64,000 nt of DNA from Felis catus. Taxonomy: Eukaryota. The notes beneath the pieces are model-generated. The model was given only the letters and a program-made list of their open reading frames with translations, was not told where the DNA came from and did no database searches. A program made the translations under genes and the position numbers. This document shows positions 12,120-23,868 of the stretch, piece by piece (within the stretch, counting starts at the first letter, position 1; every line of letters starts with the position of its first letter). The stretch lies in the NCBI RefSeq assembly GCF_018350175.1, contig NC_058368.1, forward strand, positions 30,692,001-30,756,000, read 5' to 3'.

Positions 12120-12892
12120 TTTGTCTATTTTCAAATATTTGAGTTTTGCCTCTTTGTCACGGCAGCCCAATATAAATTGCTATTAAGTTACCGTAATATT
12201 TTCAAGCAGTAAAATTCTATTTTGGTCCTTTGAAGGGCTACTTGTTGGGTTAATTTCCACTGTTTAATTTTTGGCAAAATTCCAGGTGATCCACAAGGTA
12301 ACAAGAACTATTATTGGAGCATAAGACATGAAAGAAAATGCTGTTGTCTTAGAAACAGACTTTGCTGTGTTATCTTCCTGTAGTGGTTGGTACACAGGCT
12401 GCGGGAGCATACAGTGCTAGCATGGTGTTGGGAGAGCACTTTGGAAGCCAGAAGAACATTCTTTTCTTGTAACTTCTATCGTGTTTTGCATCTCGGAGAA
12501 TAATTTTTTTAAAGCGGTGAGATAAAATGTGGTTAATTTTCTCTTAGTGTTTTATCAGCTGTATATCCTCGCTCATGAATGCTTCATCAGAGACTGTAGG
12601 TTCCAAATGACACGCTTGAGAAGATTTTTGAATACTGCAGTGATATTAGGATATCCTGATGCAGATGCTTATCATCAGCGAAGCTGTGGCAACATTTAGT
12701 GGAGATGAGTAAGAATGCTAAAACCATTTAGAGAATGACCACTGAAGGCACTGACCATTTCAACTATGATATGTTTCAAAAAAAAAAAGTGTCAAGAAAA
12801 CAAAGCAGGTCAGAGGTCACAGGATAAAAAGGTCCTATTTTGAAAGAGTCTCCAAATCAATGCAGTAGAAGACACTCATGATTTTGGCAGTC

Positions 12893-13228
12893 TTCATTGA
12901 GTACCTCCCACTTGCTAGATGCTGTTCTAGGCACTGCTAAGGCGCATTAAAATAACCTAAACAAAAACCTGCCTCTCCCCTCATGAGACTTAGACTTTGA
13001 GAAGAAGAGAAAGGCACTAAGTCAGTCAACAAGTAAAATAAATGGGGTGTTACTTAGTGTTGTGATGCAGGGACGATGATGTAGCAGGAAGGCATCTAAA
13101 GCCGGGAAAGAAAACGTGTGAGTGTGTGTGTTGGAAGGGGTAGGTCCGGGGATAGGAGCTGCGATTTTAAATAAATGGTCAAGAAAGCCCTCTCTGTTAA
13201 GGTCGGCTTTGAGGGGAGAACGGAGTAT
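12893..13228 (-). mobile_element. L2 LINE 3' fragment
   Basis: cattgagtacctcccacttgctagatgctgttctaggcactg...cctcatgagacttagac...ggtcaagaaagccctctctg. Confidence 0.65.
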
Positions 13229-14105
13229 GTCCACTGTTTGTATCTACATAACAACATCCCTCTGATCCTTCTTAAAATCCTCAGACCTGAAAGATGACTC
13301 AGATTTCACTTCATTCCAACTATTAAGATTTTTCCCCACAAAAAAAATCACTCCACATATACTACCATATACTGAGTAGAATCGAAATGCACAACATTTC
13401 AAGGTGTAAACATACGAACGTAGCATTGATTAAATGCATTGAAATATAACCCGTTACAAAGTCAAGGGCTTAGCGCCTGATACATAAACACATCGTGAAC
13501 TATAAAGATGTTGAATTCCATTTTATAACACGCTGAAAGTGTAGAGGTGATGCTTTGTGATTCCTTTGTTCCCTTCCTATCACGTTTTCAGATGTTACAG
13601 GGAAATATACTCTGAGTTGTACAGTTGTTGAATTTCTTGTATTCAGTAAGCACACGGAAGGATATTAGCAAACCAAAGAGGGGCATGAGGATATTCTTTT
13701 TGAGTCTTAGCCTTGCCTTTAATCATTTCCATGGATATTGGTTTCACTGGCCCTTACATTAATCTTCTTAGCAAAAAGAGATGAACAATACTATTACCCC
13801 TGTTTTGTAAATAAGAAAGAGGATGATAGGAAGGTTAAAAGATCTGCCTCAGGCCATTCTAACTATAAGGCTTTGGTAAAGTCCTTAGAAGAAGCTATTT
13901 GTCTTAAACGACAGTTCTGAGTTTTAAACACTAAGGTCCAGAGTAAACCTAATCTGAAACAGTATATTGTAATAAAAAGATAACAGGACTGGGAATCAAG
14001 AGTTCTCAATTCTTCTTGCACTTAGACCACTAACTAGTTCTTTGGCTTTTACAGTTGTTATTATTTTTTAAGTTGGAAAACCATTAGATACTGTTTTATC
14101 GGAAC

Positions 14106-14870
14106 CATTTATTGACAGCCTCTGCGGTACTGGGCACGGTGTGAAGTGTTTATAAAGTTATGTTCCATATCCCGAAAGAGCTCATGTACTCGTGGAGCAG
14201 ATTTACAAACAAGAGCAGTGTGCTGAACAGTACATCAGAGGCAGGGACAACGGGGAAGGGGAGGAGAAAGACACAACCAAAGCAGAAGTTAGGACAGCAG
14301 AGAAGGCTGCTCACATACTCACCCACAAAGTCACCAGCTGAGATAAACTAGACTTGCAGTTGATTGATGCAGGAATATATCACAGACAGAGGGAACCAAA
14401 GTGCAAAGGCCCAGAGGCAAGAAATAACAAAATTTTAGACGCATAGTTATTTCACTACGGCTAGACGATTGAGGATAAAGACAAGAAGGGTGAGAAAAGC
14501 TAGATTTTTCAAGGATGGGTCAAGAAATGCCTACTGACCGCGCAGGTTTGCTTTGAACCTGCCTGCAAAGGGATGTTGAGGGACGCAATTGTGCACAGAC
14601 AAGGGACCCGTTGCATTTGAAGTTTACAAGGCCCTGCTACAGGTGGAGTAGAGGATTGATTTGACATAGAATTAGGAGGCTGTATTAAGACTTCAAGAAA
14701 CCAAGTTATGAGGGGCTGAAGTAAAATAGTGCATGCATAATAGTTTAGAAAAGGTTGATTCAAGAGATTTGTCAAGTAAGATGCGTACGATTTGATAAGA
14801 AACCGTACGTAAAGGAGGACAGGATGAACAGTGAGGATAGTTAAGGTAATTTTGAGTAGCACCATAGAGA
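14106..14870 (-). mobile_element. L2 LINE fragment(s)
   Basis: catttattgacagcctctgcggtactgggcacggtg...gagggaaccaaagtgcaaaggcccagaggcaag. Confidence 0.55.
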
Positions 14871-15389
14871 AGGTTAGGAACTGGAATTAGCTGGTGGTGG
14901 GAGAGAGCAAGGTCTGGAGGCCTCTGTGCTTTTTCAGCGGCACGTCATTGAGCAAAGGCATAGTTTAGGATGCACTTGGCCAATGTGCTGATGTTTATTT
15001 AAAGGTCAGGGGCTCTGGGATTAGTGGACCCCATGGTCTAAAGTCATCATTGCAGACTCAATTCCCTGCATCCCCTACAATCATCCTAGAGGCTGCTGGA
15101 TTGTCATAGGAATCCAGAGTTGGCACCCTACTTCTTTAGCACACCTCCTGTGACCTTGGGAACACCTGGGTTGTATACCCATCCTCTAATCAATGAGATG
15201 ATGATGATTAGTTTTGGCAAATTGAGATTTAGTGCTGGGAGAGGCTGGCTTTGTCTTCTGAATTAAGTGTGAGAAGAGAAAAAAAAAATCCGGGCTCTGC
15301 CCATAAAAGGAGGAGAAATTAGCATTATGATAAAATCGATATAGCTTAAGAATACTTACCTTGAATGTGTATGAAAATAGGGAAAGTGA

Positions 15390-15574
15390 GGAGCCCCTGG
15401 GTGGCTCAGTTGGTTGAATGTCCAGCTCTTGATTTTGGCTCAGGTCATGATCTCAGGGTTGTGGGACTCGAGCCCCAAGTCGGGTTCCATGCTGAGTCTT
15501 CAGGAAACTGCTTAAGATATTCTCTCTCTCTGCCCCTTGCACTCTCTCACTCTAAAATAAAAACAAAAAAAAAA
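15390..15574 (+). mobile_element. CAN-SINE
   Basis: SINEC head, CT tract, A tail. Perfect 16-bp TSD AAAATAGGGAAAGTGA at 15374-15389 and 15575-15590. Confidence 0.95.
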
Positions 15575-16147
15575 AAAATAGGGAAAGTGAATCTGATTTG
15601 CCAAAACAGATGGGGCAAGGTTGTCTATCTCTGGGCCTGGGGGTGGAGAAGGGGGACAGAGAGGAGAGTATCAGATGAAATTCAAAATAAAAATGAGATT
15701 ACTTAAAGGTCTTTGATTTTTTTCTCCTTTGTCACTTTCTTCATTTCCCTAAAACAGAAGGGAAACAGCATTTCTCGTTTTTAATCTAAACGTGAAGAGA
15801 TCTCTAAGTGTGAAGCAGATCCAAGGGAAAAATAACCCTCTTAGATATAGATGTTATTGCCATTAAATTACCACCTTAAGGAGATGTACATATAGGAGAT
15901 ACAGTTAATTTCACATGACTCTGGGAAGGACCACTAAGGTAATGAACTTTATTGAGAGTGCTTTTAATCCCATTATGCACATTTGAGAAGCTTTCTAAGC
16001 AGGGAAGACCACTGAGTTGATAAAAGAAGCATTTAGTTAGCAAATACCTTTGTGCTTCCCTGCTCACTGGTATATTTGCTTTAGAAATGGATGTTACTCA
16101 CATGGTAGGTACAGACTGGCTTCTCTGTCTCGTCTCAAAGAGTGAAT

Positions 16148-16150
<3 letters not shown>

Positions 16151-16192
<42 letters not shown>
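16151..16192. repeat. (TG)21 microsatellite
   Basis: Direct reading. Confidence 0.95.
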
Positions 16193-16195
<3 letters not shown>

Positions 16196-17190
16196 CCAAG
16201 GGACCATCAGTGTCATGAAGTAACTAAGGAATACATTAAGCAACTTTTCATGGATATGTGGATTGCATAATTTAAGACTATCCTGGGGCACCCATAAATG
16301 ATGCATAGGTTTTGTTTTCTTATTTTACATTTTTAGAGGGGAGAAGGATCCTTGATTCTGCACTTTCTACACCTTTAGCGTTATCCAAATCTCTCTCCCT
16401 GTTGAACGTTGAGCATCCGTAAGGAGCCATGCCATCTGCTGTTGACACTATTTTCCTAAGATCCTTTTAGAGCATTCATTCTTCCTCAAACCCGTTTGAA
16501 GAGGAATGGTTAGGATGCTTCCATTAGACCTCACCCTTACCTGTGTTAAAACAGTGCTGGAGATCCAGTCAGCAGGGGTTTGGAAATGACTTAACTGTGT
16601 GTTGCACTATTTCTGTAGACTGTGTTGTCATTTAAAATCCTATGAAAATAGGATTCAGTCTTATTGTGCATTAGTTACGTAGAACCTGAATTTTCCAGTG
16701 TTTTAGGACAAGTGACACCTTCTGTGGCTGTACATACTCTGTGCTAGGATGTGAACTGTGTGTTTGTAAAAGCTAATCTCCTTTCCACTTGTAACCGCAC
16801 TCTGAGCCTTCTCCGCACGCTGGATCAGTATAGAGCTAAACAACAGATGGTAAAACAAACAAACGAGCTAAAAAAAAATAACCCTGAGAATCTGGAGAAG
16901 GAATTCAATATAATGATTTTATTTGCTTGGGTCACTTTGTTTTATAAATCAACGATTAAGAATGCTATAATTAGTTACCAGCAAGAGGGCAATTTTGTTC
17001 GGCCGTTTCCTGTTTAAAGATCTGGTATCATTAAAACATTACTTTTAGGCCCCTTCTAATCGCGACACTAGAGGACACGGGGTATATGTCTTAATTGTCC
17101 CCTTTTAAACTGGAGCCAAAGTTGAACAAGTTGATACTCTTAGCCCTACAGACAGATTTACGTTTTTTTCTGGTGAGTGCGGCCCTTGAT

Positions 17191-17209
17191 GCACCACTAG
17201 GTGGCAGCA
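17191..17209 (+). promoter_or_regulatory. Candidate CTCF binding site
   Basis: CCACTAGGTGGCAG at 17194-17207 fits the CCASYAGRKGGCR core without mismatch. Motif evidence only. Confidence 0.65.
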
Positions 17210-20094
17210 GAGTTTTACAGTTTCTGACTCCGGGAGGCAGAAACTACCTGCGCTCTCCGGGCCTCTGTTCTGCAGCAGCCGAGGCTGATATAAATGTATA
17301 AACAAGCAGAAGCTATGTGTGACACACAACACTATTCTTAAAGCAGAAAGCAACAACTCCAAGCCAGGTGTTTGGCTTCCGATGGTCTGGTGAAGGCAAG
17401 GCTTTGCTGATGGGCTGAGTCAGAGGAAGGAAAAAGACGAGTGTTTCTGGAGGTTAGGTTGTCTGCGAGTATGGTTTTGTGCTGTTGTCCAGGGCTAGTG
17501 CGTCAAAGCGAGGCGGTTGGCGACTGCTCCCCGCTGCTGCCGGAAGGGCTGCCGGTGCCTCCACCTGGCTCTGCTGTGGGCCCTTATTGCCTGACCCCCG
17601 TTGGCAGAGGAGCAATGAGGCAGCAGAACGTGGAAGAGTAGCGACACGTGGAAAACCCAGATCTTTTACCTTGAAAGCGGGCGGCTCTGAGGCGTCTTAA
17701 CAGCGAGAGGTTAGTTCCAGAGTTGAGCAGGAGTAGAAAGCGAGAGTAAAAAACATTTGTGTATAAAGAGACTGGCTCAGTTGCTATGCAGAATATTACC
17801 CGGGAAATCTACAAACTCTTGCAACACGTGCAACGTTCATGGTAAATTCAGAGAGATGCTTGGGTCACGCATAAAGATATTTGCGTTTAGAGGCGATAGA
17901 TTTAGGAGTTTGGGAGAGGGTGGGTTTTCTGAATGAGACCACTGTATGCCAGGATGAGCAAAACTTTTCCCCTTAGGAAAGCACCAGAGGTGGTAAAAAC
18001 AGAGGGCAGAGTGTGTCCCCACAGGTAGGGGAGAGATACAGCAGCTGCATTGTTCTAGAAAGGCAGTAATCTGTAGGTTGTATTCTGAGTTGATCCACCT
18101 ACATCTGCCATCGCAGCCGGCACCCGGTACGGGGTGAATGACACACGATACTCCCCAAATGTCACTGTCCAGCCGTGTCCACCAATTAAAACTAATAAAC
18201 ATTCCTCCCCATGCTGAAGATGTGCTGCCAGCCCAGCAAGCAGCAGGGCAGGCAAAGGCAGAGCATAATAACAGCAGTCGCAACAGCGGCAGCCAGAGCC
18301 CTGGGCAGCAGGTGCACTTGGCTGGGAGCACGGAAGGGCACAGTGTGGCGCTGGCATTGCCCGCTCACATATTATGCAGGCAGAGCTGAGTTGTTTACAA
18401 ATTGATAGCAGAGGGGATTTGGTTGGAGACAGAGCCGAGCACGCTGCATTCTGTGCTCAGAGAAACCTGAGTGGGGTTCCCTGCTGGTTGGTTGGGTGCC
18501 ATTCACCAAAGGGGGGGGACCTGCCTCCCATCCCCCATCCCCTTCTGCGCCCCTCCCCCCCCCCCACACCCTCACCAGGTAGCACAGGCCCAGTTCTACG
18601 GGCAGGTGAAAAACACCTGGTGAGAAACTTAAGGATGTTTGATGTGGAGGACCAGGAAGTCTCTTTCTCAATGACTTTGTCTCTTCCAGGTCCCATGGAT
18701 GTGCCAGATCCCAGAGCAGTCCTATCGGAATGTATCTGGAAAATGGGAAAAGAAAAGACCTAGAATAAACAGGGGCCACTGAAGAAGGTAATAAACCTCC
18801 AAGAAGGTAAGGGCTACACGAATGTAAGAGGCTACGAGAAGGTAAGCAACCTGCTGAAATGTCTTTGCGTTCAGTGTACCGTGTCTTACCCACTCCTCTG
18901 TGCTGGATTGGAGCTTCTCTGGGAAAGAACTGGAAAGTCCTAGGAGAGAGACGGTGTGTGTGTTGGAATCATGGGTGCAGGGGTCTGGAGTGCCAAGTGT
19001 CACTAGGTGGAATGGAGGGGCCGGAAGCACAGGTGATCAAGCTTCCCACCCACAGTCAATTCTGGATGGTGCTCACACCCAACAGTGAGGCACCAGGGTT
19101 TTTTCTGGGTTTCGGTGTTATTTCCACCACTTGCAGTAGGAGTGTGTCCCCTTTCCATCTTGTCAGCGGCGCCACAACCTAAGTCAGTCTTTGTTTTCAC
19201 CTCTGCCGGTTTCAACTCTGCTGTCGCATGGCGTCAGTGCTGTCACGTAGAATCGTGCCTCTTTGGCGAGTGCCGTTATGATACAGGACACCTGAAGGTG
19301 TCATTTTCCAGTGGCTAATTAACCTTGAGACCAGAGGCACACCAGCGTAGCCCCTTAATTACTTTTGTGTGTAAACCTGCAAGCACAGAGTGACGAAGGG
19401 CCGGGAGCCCTGCTGTCATGGTCCCGTCCCGCCTGTCTGACCCATAGTCTGGGGACTGCTATAGGACACTGATTTCTGTCTTCGCCATGGGTTGTGCTGC
19501 ATTCTGAGTTCAGATGGCAAAGCTTTGAGTGTCCGAGTGGAACTTTTGGACAGGTGCATGCAAACACTTGTAGTGTTTTTATAATAATAGAAAAGGGGGG
19601 GGGGCGACTCCTTTGCCTCTGCCTGCCTTGGTTGCTTGACCAACATCTGGAAAAAACAGGATGATCATGACTGTGGTGGCAGAAAGCCGTGAGAATACGT
19701 TTCCGGTAGCACTGCTTTCATAGGCTCTAAAATGGTGTCTGTTCCCTAACTGACGCCCTGGTCTCTCTCTTTCCCACAATCTGAGTGAACTGAGCCAATG
19801 CTTTTTTGTTCACAGCGTTAGCTGCCAAAAACATTTGACTCCAGCCCGCTGCGTCTTGGGCCACAGGGATGAATTGGTTTGAGGCTGGGGATTGGGGTGA
19901 TGTGGAGGAAAAAGAGAGGAGAGTGTCACGTGTGGTGTTCGAACCTGAAAAAAAAAAAGTGGGAAAGCTAACAAAGAAAGCAGATGACAAAGACAAGGAA
20001 GTTCTAAACAAGACCAGGGAACCCGAGCCCCGCCTAGTAAACCCGAAGAGCTAGATTGAAACTAAGGATAGAGGAGCCAGGACCAAAACCTAAT

Positions 20095-20153
20095 CACACA
20101 CACTCGCACGCGCGCGCGCACACACTCACACACACATGCGTGTGCACACACAC
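20095..20153. repeat. Mixed (CA)n/(CG)n alternating purine-pyrimidine tract
   Basis: cacacacactcgcacgcgcgcgcgcacacactcacacacacatgcgtgtgcacacacacg. Confidence 0.85.
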
Positions 20154-20643
20154 GGTGGTTGGTTCAAACCTGGACAAGGGTCTAAAAAAGTAAAGTGGGA
20201 CGTAGAATCAATAGTGGAGACTGATGTTATCAAAGGGCATGGTCTGTTGACACCTTTTCCTGTGACATGTAAAGTAGGTTCGTCCTTCCTTTCAAAACCA
20301 AAAAAAAGCACTGCAGGCTCACTACACGTGTAGAAAATAGAAACAAGAAAAATTAAATTCCACAAGGTGTAAACCAGTCAGGTTTTCAGATTTCGCCGTT
20401 ACTGCCACCAAATTGCTGTTCATCTTCGGCTTAAATACATGCGGTGACAGACTCCTTTCTAGTTATTGGTGGTTTCTGTGTACTGATGGCGGTTTCTTTT
20501 GTTGATTCCAACATGACCTTTGCCGTGTTTCCCCTTCCCGGACTTTGTTCTGATTCTGGAGCTATATAAGGCAAACCCACCACTCTATCATGCAGAAGTA
20601 CTTAAAACCATTGAAAAGAGGGCTCATGGCCCATCCTGTAGCT

Positions 20644-20900
20644 CATTAAGTACCTCATCAATGCCAAGTACTTTTCTAAACTCTGGAAATACGAGATGAA
20701 TAAAGCGGGACATGGCTCCTCCCCTCCCGCCATTTGTATTCTGGCTCTGGAGCGAGGAAGGTGTCCACACTGCAGGATGCACAGTTATCGAGACTCACAG
20801 GTGAATCTAAGAAGTACTAGGGGGACATAGAGAAGGGTAGGACTGACTAGTTCTTACTTGGGAAGACGATGCAGGGGGACATCCACCTTAGAGGATAAGC
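20644..20900 (-). mobile_element. L2 LINE 3' fragment
   Basis: cattaagtacctcatcaatgccaagtacttttctaaactctggaaatacgagatgaataaag...ggctcctcccctc. Confidence 0.5.
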
Positions 20901-22019
20901 AGGGCTTCCTTAAGCCTAACAATGGAAGTTGTGCATATTTGGAGTCCCAAGGGAGACAGGAGGAGAAATGCCTTCTCCTCTTGAGCAGAAATAGAAAAAT
21001 AGTCCCGGTTCTCTGTTCGAAGACATTAACCCTGTGAGCAGCACACAGGCTTTTCCCAGAGGAGCTTGAACTGACCGCCCACTTCTTTTGGCTTCTGAAA
21101 TCTCTTTACAGAGTAGTGATTGCAGTTGGTCGTCTGGCATAAAATGGGGTTTACTGGCTATTAGCTCTGCTCCAAAAGGAAGTTTGGGGAGAAAGCAGAG
21201 AGAGGCTGGCACGTTTGTTAGTTTTACTTTTTGACTCTGTTTTGATGGAGCTGAAATGAGAGAGTCGGAGAAATTCATAAAGGTTTTTAGTCTACACACT
21301 TTGAGGGTAGGGGTCATATCTTCGGTTTTCTGTTGATGTGAAGAAATTGTGCACCAATCGCCAACAATGATATTTGTTGAATGAATGTTTTAATAAATTA
21401 AACAGTGAGGTTAGTGCTATCATGCTTCTTTTATGAATTGAACTGGCTTTCCTTAGAATTGTAGTTTTATTATATGAGTTATTACTATAAAACACATATG
21501 CTGCTCTCACATGCCTTTGTGATTTAACTTTCAAATCTACCCCTCTCTGTGTTACAAATGGATCATGTGGAGATAGTAATGCTGGCTAATTTAAAGAGTA
21601 TAGGATGTTAAACTGTACAGGGTTTATCCCAAGGAAATTCAGAAGGAGTCATAAATCACCATGGTGACATAGCACATTGTGGTCCTTAGGGGGATAAAAT
21701 ACTATAAACCTTTTCTAATGATTTACAAATCTCTCAAATGAATTGTCATATTGACACAACTCGGGCCACAGCAGGGAATAATTATTCTCAGTTACGCATC
21801 CTAGAACAGAGGGGAAACCTTACACTAAAATCATGCCCGATAGCTCAGACCATGCTTTCTGTACTGTTGGCTCTTAACTTGCCTAATAGTTTTAAAAGAG
21901 AAATACCATCCCTTCCTGCAGGGATTCTGACTGAAACCAGATTTTCCTTTACAATGAGGCGATACAGTTCACAGCATTTTAAACAGTCCTAGTAATTTCT
22001 GCTTTTGGAACACTTCTTC

Positions 22020-22230
22020 TTTTTTTTTTTTAACGTTTGTTTGTTTTTGAGAGAGAGGCAGAGTGTGAGTGGGGCAGGGGCAGAGAGAGAGGGAGACACA
22101 GAACCCAAAGCAGGCTCCAGGGTCGGAGCTGTCAGCCCAGAGCCTGATGATGGGCTCAAACCCATGAACCGGGAGATGATGACCTGAGCTGAAGTCAGAC
22201 ACTTAACTGACTGAGCCACCCAGACGCCCC
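22020..22230 (-). mobile_element. CAN-SINE (SINEC_Fc-like)
   Basis: Poly(T), gagagagagggagacacagaacccaaagcaggctccagg...gagccacccagacgcccc. Confidence 0.95.
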
Positions 22231-23644
22231 TTCTCTTGTAACACTTATCTGATGATCCTCACGTTCTTAAACATTAAAATTTTATTAGGTCTGGATCCTC
22301 GAAGCATCAAAGATCCTCTGCACATCAAATCACAACCAAATCCATTTCAAAGATAGCTACGCTGAGGAAATTTATCTCTAAAACTACAGCCTGTAACTTC
22401 TATGTTTTTTTCCCCCCAAAGCACACTTAGAACCTTTTCGTGATACCCAAGTTGCTTTTAGGTCTCCGGTTACATAAACGTAGCAATTGACAATGGGAAA
22501 TTTTCAGTTGTAGAAATGTAAGGAGATTGTAAAAACCAGTTCATCATTGAAAAAGTAGATCATAGTTGAGGGAAAAACTTCTTTACTTAATTTTACTAAT
22601 TAGCAAAAATCAAATCTGTAGCAGATAACAAAGGCTGTCAGGAGAAGCAGGGAAGTGTTTTCCTGGAAAGTGTGGTAAACTTCCAGAAATGGTCCTGAAT
22701 ATTTGTAGAGAAGGGGAGAACGAATGATTAGCTTATGTACCAAATCCTACAGCCTCAAGTTATCACAGTGGTCCACAAATACAGTTTCACTGTAGCTGAT
22801 ATACAGCTGTTTCCTGGCATCCCTTGGAATTATTCTACTTCTTTAATAATGCAAGGTACTCTGGGGACCTAATTTCTGCCTTAAATAATTCATAATGCAT
22901 GCTTTGTATTAAATGAACAATTTTAATGAGAAAACCGTATCTATTTGACTGGGGAATAACTGTTGATTCGATTTGAATGTTATTTTGAATGAAGCAGCAT
23001 TGGATTAACAAGATTTTACTATATTGTGTTCTCATTTATACCCTAGCCTTATTTTTTGGTTGTAATTATTTATCTTACATCATAGTCAGTTGAGAAAGTG
23101 GCAAGAAATCGAGAGAATGAACTTTAGACGAAGAGATAGAAAATGTACAGGGGAGAATCATCGAGGAGAATAAATAACATGCAAACACAAATTTATTTAA
23201 TTGGGTTTTCCTTCAGTTCTCTCTAACCTTGAGAGTCTCTGGATGATAGCTGTACGTCAGGTCTGTTTCTCCACACAGAGAAACAATGAGGTCCTTGTAG
23301 CATGAACCCACTCTTCTTTGAACCACTTATCAGTCAAAATTTTATATTTCCTTGTGAGATAATCGGAATAATGGCATTAAAACTGTAACACAATAGAAGA
23401 TATGGTTACGAATGCATGGTACGGAGTTAAGAGTAACAGTAGAAATAGAGTAATTCACTACAAAATCCCCGAGAACAGAGATGTATGCTTTGTTCGACTA
23501 GCACCTGAGTCAGTGCTTTTTTACATAGTTGGTGCTCAGTAAATATTTATGAAATGAAGGAATAGTGGGCAAAAGTTAAGCAGCATTAAAGAAAGCGTTG
23601 ATAATAGGCTAAAACTATGATTCTCAGTACTATCAAATGAAGAA

Positions 23645-23868
23645 TAATCATGTGCAGACACTGGTCAAAGCATTGCGTATACATTAACGTACGACCTTTG
23701 CTGGACATATCCAATGAGGTAGGCGCCATTATTGTTCCCAATCCATAGAGGAGCCTGAGGATTAGATGGTTGAAGTAGGTTGTTTGTGTTCACATAAGAA
23801 AGTGTGATTTTGAACCTAGGTTTCCTTAACTCTAAACATTACACTCTTAACCCTTGGACAGTACTGTC
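23645..23868 (-). mobile_element. MIR SINE
   Basis: atgaggtaggcgccattattgttcccaatccatagaggagcctgagg...tttgaacctagg...ctcttaacc is the antisense MIR core. Confidence 0.65.

Noticed and set aside
17837..19318. Cluster of overlapping 60-173 aa ORFs on both strands
   Set aside because: Expected in GC-richer DNA. No recognisable domain and no consistent exon chain.
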